Part shown: positions 59,238 through 64,000 of the stretch, in pieces
Layout of the letters: the number at the start of each line of letters is the position of its first letter
How positions within the stretch are numbered: position 1 is the stretch's first letter
From: an uncultured delta proteobacterium
Lineage (GTDB): Bacteria > Desulfobacterota > Binatia > UBA9968
DNA length: 64,000 nucleotides
Assembly (NCBI GenBank): GCA_963771465.1
Contig: CAVYTU010000006.1
Coordinates: 32,001 to 96,000, forward strand
Direction of reading: 5' to 3'
Position numbers and translations under genes: made by a program
Notes under the pieces: model-generated
What the model saw: the letters and a program-made list of their open reading frames with translations, nothing else
The model's database searches: none
Told to the model about the DNA's origin: nothing

Positions 59238-60260
59238 TTACTTGCCAAAGATTTCCTGCGCCTGGCGCGCGAAAAACTCCAATTGCTCGCCCAAGGTAGA
59301 GTCCAATGGAATCAGCTTGATATCCTTCATCGCCGCCTGCTCCTGCGCGAGATCCGCGCGGGCCGACTGACGTTCGAAGGTGAGGACTTGACGTTGTCCT
59401 TCCTGAGACAAGACAAAGTCTAGGAACAGTTTTGCCGCGTTGGGATGGGGAGCCTTGGCCGTAAGTCCATAGCCGACCGGGACGACGAGCGCCGGACCCA
59501 AGGTTGTCCAATTGACCGGCGCGCCTCTTTTCATCAACGGGGTGAGAACGCTGTACGTGGAGTCGAGGTCGATATCGCCCTCGCCCGCGAGTACCAGCTG
59601 CGCTCTCATCGCGGTGGATTCACGGCGCACCGCGGGCTTTTGTTTGGCTAGGGCGCGCATGTAGTTGAGCCCTTTTTCTTTGCCCATCACCTGCAGCATC
59701 CAGCCAAACCATTGTTCCCTGGGGCTGACCATGAGCCTGCCCGTCCAAGTAGGACCGAGCAAATCCTCCCAGGTTTTCGGCAGCTGGTTTCGCGCGACAT
59801 TCCTGGTGTTGTAGCCGATGACGTGGACGTTCATGCTGCTGGTCGCCCAAAAACCTGAGTCCTTGAATTCTTTACCGTAGGCGCCCTCCTCGGGTGAAAC
59901 ATAGCGCCCGAGAAAATTACCCTTCCTCAAGAAATGCATCCCAATGGCATTATTCTGTAAAAGGTCAGCGAGAAATTTTCCCGAGCGGGTTTCCGCGATC
60001 ACCCGCGGGTAGAGGTTGTCGCTTGTCAGCCGGTTCAGCTTGACGTTGATGAACGGGTACTTCGCTTGGAACTTCTCATTGATCAGATTTGACTGCCGCA
60101 GGTCCGTAGTGCCGTAAATAACCAGTTCGCCTTCCTTCTTAGCACCTTCGATAAGCTTGGCGGTTTCGCTGGATTGCGCCCATGCCGACGGGCGCGGTTG
60201 AATCCAAAAGCACGAAAGAATGATTAGTGTTATCAGCGCGCGGCCCAATAGTTGGTTCAT
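59238..60260 (-). CDS. Extracellular solute-binding protein (SBP_bac_6-like)
   Basis: Signal peptide AWAQ; GAKKEGEL, YNT, PKTWEDLL, APHPNAAKLFLDFVLSQEGQ. Confidence 0.88.
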   Translation of the reverse strand: MNQLLGRALITLIILSCFWIQPRPSAWAQSSETAKLIEGAKKEGELVIYGTTDLRQSNLINEKFQAKYPFINVKLNRLTSDNLYPRVIAETRSGKFLADLLQNNAIGMHFLRKGNFLGRYVSPEEGAYGKEFKDSGFWATSSMNVHVIGYNTRNVARNQLPKTWEDLLGPTWTGRLMVSPREQWFGWMLQVMGKEKGLNYMRALAKQKPAVRRESTAMRAQLVLAGEGDIDLDSTYSVLTPLMKRGAPVNWTTLGPALVVPVGYGLTAKAPHPNAAKLFLDFVLSQEGQRQVLTFERQSARADLAQEQAAMKDIKLIPLDSTLGEQLEFFARQAQEIFGK

Positions 60261-60641
60261 GTTGCACCTCCTTTGTTAGGGAGCTGTCCTTACTATTCTG
60301 ATGAATGAAGCGCGACCGAGCGGGCAGACGAGTTTTCACGAGCGGCGATCACGCGGTTGAATGCTCTAACATCACGAACTTTGTGTCAAGATGGCAGGAT
60401 ATTCCCTCGTCCGCATGCGAAGCATGCTTGCCGTAATGGATCGACTTATATCGCGGTTTGCTGCTGGGCCAAACATGCGCTAAGAAAAGTCTTCTTTTGC
60501 TTGACGTATTTTTGAGTCTTGATTAAGGTTGCGGAGTTTTCATGACCGCTTCTGCTAATTGAGTATGAACCTCGACTACAATCTATTTAGCTGGCGAAAG
60601 ACACGGCAGTCACCAATGCCTGCCCGACAGAAGGAAAATTC

Positions 60642-60995
60642 ATGAGAGACGCAGGCTTACCTATTACCCTGATCATCGTCGGGAGCGCATGCTTGCGCTG
60701 GTAGTACAGGTTGTTTCCAGACATAGACTGGATCATTGCTGCCGGACTAGTCGTCGGAGGCGCGGCAGTTTTATACCTCGACGGGATCACCAAGAAGTCT
60801 ATTGTCGTTGGGCCATTTCTGATCGCGACCGGCATCGCGTGGGCTCTCCACGACCGCTGGCGTGTGACCTGGATCGTGTTGTTCCCAACGCTGCTCATCG
60901 TGCACGGTGTGTTGATGCTGTTTGCACGCGGCGCGAACATTCCGGAGCGGCGAATGCGCGGGGATCAGGTCCAAGGCAGTCGCCAAGAAGATTGA
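60642..60995 (+). pseudogene. Small membrane-protein gene interrupted by an in-frame TAG at 60702-60704
   Basis: AAGGA RBS; MRDAGLPITLIIVGSACLRW*YRLFPDIDWIIAAG... reads in one frame; about 4 hydrophobic segments. Confidence 0.65.
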
Positions 60996-61163
60996 ATGGT
61001 TTTTGCTGGAGCGGAGCGCCTAAAGTATCAGCGGCTCGTTATGCTTGTCAAAAAGTTGTGCCTGTTTTCTCTACCTACCGGGATGACACGTCGACTGCAC
61101 GTGCACAAACGTACAACGGGCCGATTCTGTCACGCGTCATCGACTCCAGTAATTTTTCTGGAG

Positions 61164-62210
61164 CTAGTAACCCCAACGCGCCGCCACCGCCTTCACGCGC
61201 TCGTGTTCCGGCGCTAATTCTTTGCGCTGCACAAGTTCCCGGTAGGCCTCGGTGACCAGATCCTGGGCGCACACGGCTTCAATGGGCGGGACGTCGTAAT
61301 TGAGCGCACCGAGCCTTTCTTCTTCCTTCAGCATATCCTCGAAACCGGTCGCCAAACCGTCGATCGGGAACGGTCGCGCTTCCATGTCGCGCGGGGTGTG
61401 ACGAGGAACGTTTTCGACCACACGTTCTTCAGGGTCGGGGGTGGTCAAACGGAGACGCTTTCCCAGGTTAATGACGTGTTCGTAATTTTTCGGCATGTCG
61501 CGCACGAACCAGTATGCGCGAATCATCCCTTTGAGAAAACTTTTGACCAGCTCCGGTTTTTCCTCCAGGATCCGGCCGGTGGCTGCGACGACTCGTTCGG
61601 GCCGCCCCTGGGGATATTGATCCGCCGGACTCACTAGGATATTACAGCCTTCCTGCTTCAGATCGTCGGTGTCCCAAGCGGCCACCGGCGCACACTCGAC
61701 TTTGCCGGCCCGCAGGGCGTTTTTGAGCAGATGACGGCCGACACCGATGCGCACCCATTCGACATCGCGATCCAAATCCAGTCCAGCCTTTTTCAATTGA
61801 ATCTGAATCGCCCAGTGGCGAATGCTGTTGAAGTCGCTGATGCCGATGCGTTTGCCCTTGAGGTCGGCCAATGATTTTATATGCGGCGGCCCGACCCAGA
61901 CGTTGGTGTGCTGATTGCGCCAGCCGGCGATGATGTAGAGGTCGGCGCCGCGCGAGCGCTGGTAAAACACCGTCCGCGGTTGGACATCCAGCGCGATGTC
62001 GACAGACTTTTCTTTCATGGCCTGGGAGATCGCTAGTTTTTCCAGGCCGAAGGGCACCATCGAATCATGGGAGATGTGATAGGATAAAAATCCGTCGGCG
62101 CTTCTCAGGCCCTCGTCATAAAAATAATTCATCTCGTGCGCCACCATCACCGGCACCTGATGCGCCACGTGATAGCAAGTTGGTGCGATGCGCAGTTTAC
62201 CGTCTAGCAT
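61164..62210 (-). CDS. NMT1/THI5-fold protein lacking a signal peptide
   Basis: GGGGAG RBS before MLDGKLRI; VAHEMNYFYDEGL, DLKGKRIG, GLDLDRDV, GKVECA, KPELVKSFLKG. Confidence 0.8.
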   Translation of the reverse strand: MLDGKLRIAPTCYHVAHQVPVMVAHEMNYFYDEGLRSADGFLSYHISHDSMVPFGLEKLAISQAMKEKSVDIALDVQPRTVFYQRSRGADLYIIAGWRNQHTNVWVGPPHIKSLADLKGKRIGISDFNSIRHWAIQIQLKKAGLDLDRDVEWVRIGVGRHLLKNALRAGKVECAPVAAWDTDDLKQEGCNILVSPADQYPQGRPERVVAATGRILEEKPELVKSFLKGMIRAYWFVRDMPKNYEHVINLGKRLRLTTPDPEERVVENVPRHTPRDMEARPFPIDGLATGFEDMLKEEERLGALNYDVPPIEAVCAQDLVTEAYRELVQRKELAPEHERVKAVAARWGY

Positions 62211-62462
62211 GTGTTTAGCTCCCCTCTGGTTGTCGGTCTTTGATCTCAACTCCGTTCGCCATTGATAGCTGCTATCGGACCGAGCTGTCAACGCGCTCGG
62301 CGCTCTTGCTCAATGTCAACCGACGATGTCGTTGAACGACCTTTTCCGTGATAAAAGCGGCGCGGTGAGGATTACAACATCATTCAATCGTTACTCACCG
62401 CTTTGGTTCAGCGTTTTTAGCGGGTCGCTGGAGCGCTGGCGCGGTTTGGGGAAAATCCCGGA

Positions 62463-63599
62463 CTATTTTTTGCCGACGGTTTCGGCCTTGGGAAAACCAT
62501 ATGCTTCAACGACCAGCCGCAGATACTCTTGCATCTTGGTATAGTGACGCCAGTCCACCAAAGAAATCTTCTTTGTCCGCGCCACCTGAAAAGCCGTCGT
62601 TCCGGGAGAGAAAACCGAACCCTTATAGCCTGCTTCGATAAGCTTTTGCGCTTCCGGGTTGGCAACGAACTCCAACCACAACAAAGCGGCGTAGGGAGAA
62701 TCGGCCTTTTGGAACACTGCCTCGGCGTCGCCAATCCGGATTGGAATGGGCTCGACCATTTTGTAACCGAGTACGCCGGCGACGTCCTTGCTCATGAAAC
62801 TCTTTGTGCCCGTTAGATTCGCGCCCAAGTAGACGCCGTGCTCCCCGGTAGAAAGCGACGCGAGGGCGCGCGAATGTCCGCCGACCCAGACAGGGTTTTG
62901 CGCGGAAATCTTCTTGGCAAACGCCAAAGTCTTTTCGATTCCCCAAGCCGGCACCAGAGCCGAGGTAAACTGCGGGCGGATGTCGGCGAGAAATTTTCGT
63001 CCATGAAATTCAGCCTTGAGGAATTCTTCCCATTGGCTGGGCACTTTTTCTTCGGCAAGCAGATTCTTGTTGTAGGTGACGATCATCGTGTTCGTCGTGT
63101 AGGCGACAATGTTGCGATTGACCGGATCGATCATGCCGACGGGAATCTGCAGAATGCGCTGCTGCGCCATGCCGAGAATGTCGAATCTCTTTTGATGCGG
63201 CAAATATTCGTCGTAAAAATCACCCACGATGAAGTTGACGTCCCAGCCGCGCGCCGTGCCCGCCTTCATCTCGAGAAGCATGCGCTGGTAAGTGTCGGTT
63301 CCGCCGATTTCTTCGGCGCGTAGCTCAATGAAAGGATATTTTTTCCGGAAAGCCTCGGCCACGGGCTTTAACTTTTCGCTTTCCAGTGAGGTCAAAATCC
63401 TCAGCCTGCCCTCTCGTTTCGCCTTGCTCACGATATCATCGTGACTTAGCTCAAAGGCGTAACCACTGGCCTCGGCTTCCTGCTTTGCCTTTGCGGTTGC
63501 AGAAGCTGCAGCCGCGGCGAAAACCGTGGAAGGCATCATCGACAAAATCAAAAGAAATGCGGTCAGCACGCTCCATCTCCGAAGCAACTCAACGTTCAT
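62463..63599 (-). CDS. Extracellular solute-binding protein (paralog of 50038..51156)
   Basis: Signal peptide; AKREGRL, FRKKYPFI, IDPVNR, SPYAALLWLEF, YGFP. Confidence 0.86.
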   Translation of the reverse strand: MNVELLRRWSVLTAFLLILSMMPSTVFAAAAASATAKAKQEAEASGYAFELSHDDIVSKAKREGRLRILTSLESEKLKPVAEAFRKKYPFIELRAEEIGGTDTYQRMLLEMKAGTARGWDVNFIVGDFYDEYLPHQKRFDILGMAQQRILQIPVGMIDPVNRNIVAYTTNTMIVTYNKNLLAEEKVPSQWEEFLKAEFHGRKFLADIRPQFTSALVPAWGIEKTLAFAKKISAQNPVWVGGHSRALASLSTGEHGVYLGANLTGTKSFMSKDVAGVLGYKMVEPIPIRIGDAEAVFQKADSPYAALLWLEFVANPEAQKLIEAGYKGSVFSPGTTAFQVARTKKISLVDWRHYTKMQEYLRLVVEAYGFPKAETVGKK

Positions 63600-64000
63600 T
63601 ATGCGCCTCCCGGTTGGACTCGATCAAAAAAATCCTTCAACACCTGGTCTGTGGAACAATTCTCAAGGGCCTCGTCTTTGGCAGAGAAAATGTACTGGAG
63701 TCATTTCTCGCTTCAATGCGTTCCTACTCTTTATCTTTGCGGCAAGGGGTCGGGGCAGCAGCCCTTCCGCCGAGCTCTAACATCGCGTTCAACTTTGTGT
63801 CAAGGCAAGGGACTACGCGGAGTCATTTATGGCAGACGAGCGGTGGAGCAGTGAGGGTGAGCAGCCAAGATCAGGCTTCGAGACATTGCACAACAGTCGA
63901 TTTGTTTTAAAAAGCGAGTGCCAAAGTTTGCATCGTGAAACTGATCAATCAACTTTACCAGCCACTGCTGACGCATTTATTATAGCTGGCTCTTGTTTGT

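Overview
GC-rich bacterial chromosomal window. The gene content (many orphan Bug/NMT1/SBP_bac_6 binding proteins, MmgE/PrpD proteins, amidohydrolases, hydantoinases, a Rieske oxygenase) resembles Deltaproteobacteria-like lineages such as Candidatus Binatia, but that assignment is inference. An intact housekeeping block (class II ribonucleotide reductase 3' part; rpsO-pnp-M16 peptidase-dut-purB-purS-purQ-purL-purF) is surrounded by accessory catabolic and transport genes. These include a P450-SDR pair, a stand-alone SWIB protein, a hydantoinase operon with one A and two B subunits, a frameshifted PEP-CTERM gene, a GntR-linked Rieske oxygenase operon, a SWIM-SNF2 ATPase, and a mosaic right third containing pseudogenes and gene remnants. 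No rRNA, tRNA, CRISPR array, integrase or transposase was recognised. The most notable observations are: (i) two NMT1/THI5-fold proteins with no signal peptide, candidate binding-protein-fold enzymes; (ii) an X..Y-X'..Y' scar of a collapsed ~12.4 kb tandem homologous segment whose second copy now holds a broken phospholipase D gene; (iii) a racemase-family protein lacking both catalytic cysteines; (iv) 11 intact binding-protein-fold genes against one permease and no ABC ATPase; (v) families of short-period palindromic intergenic repeats.
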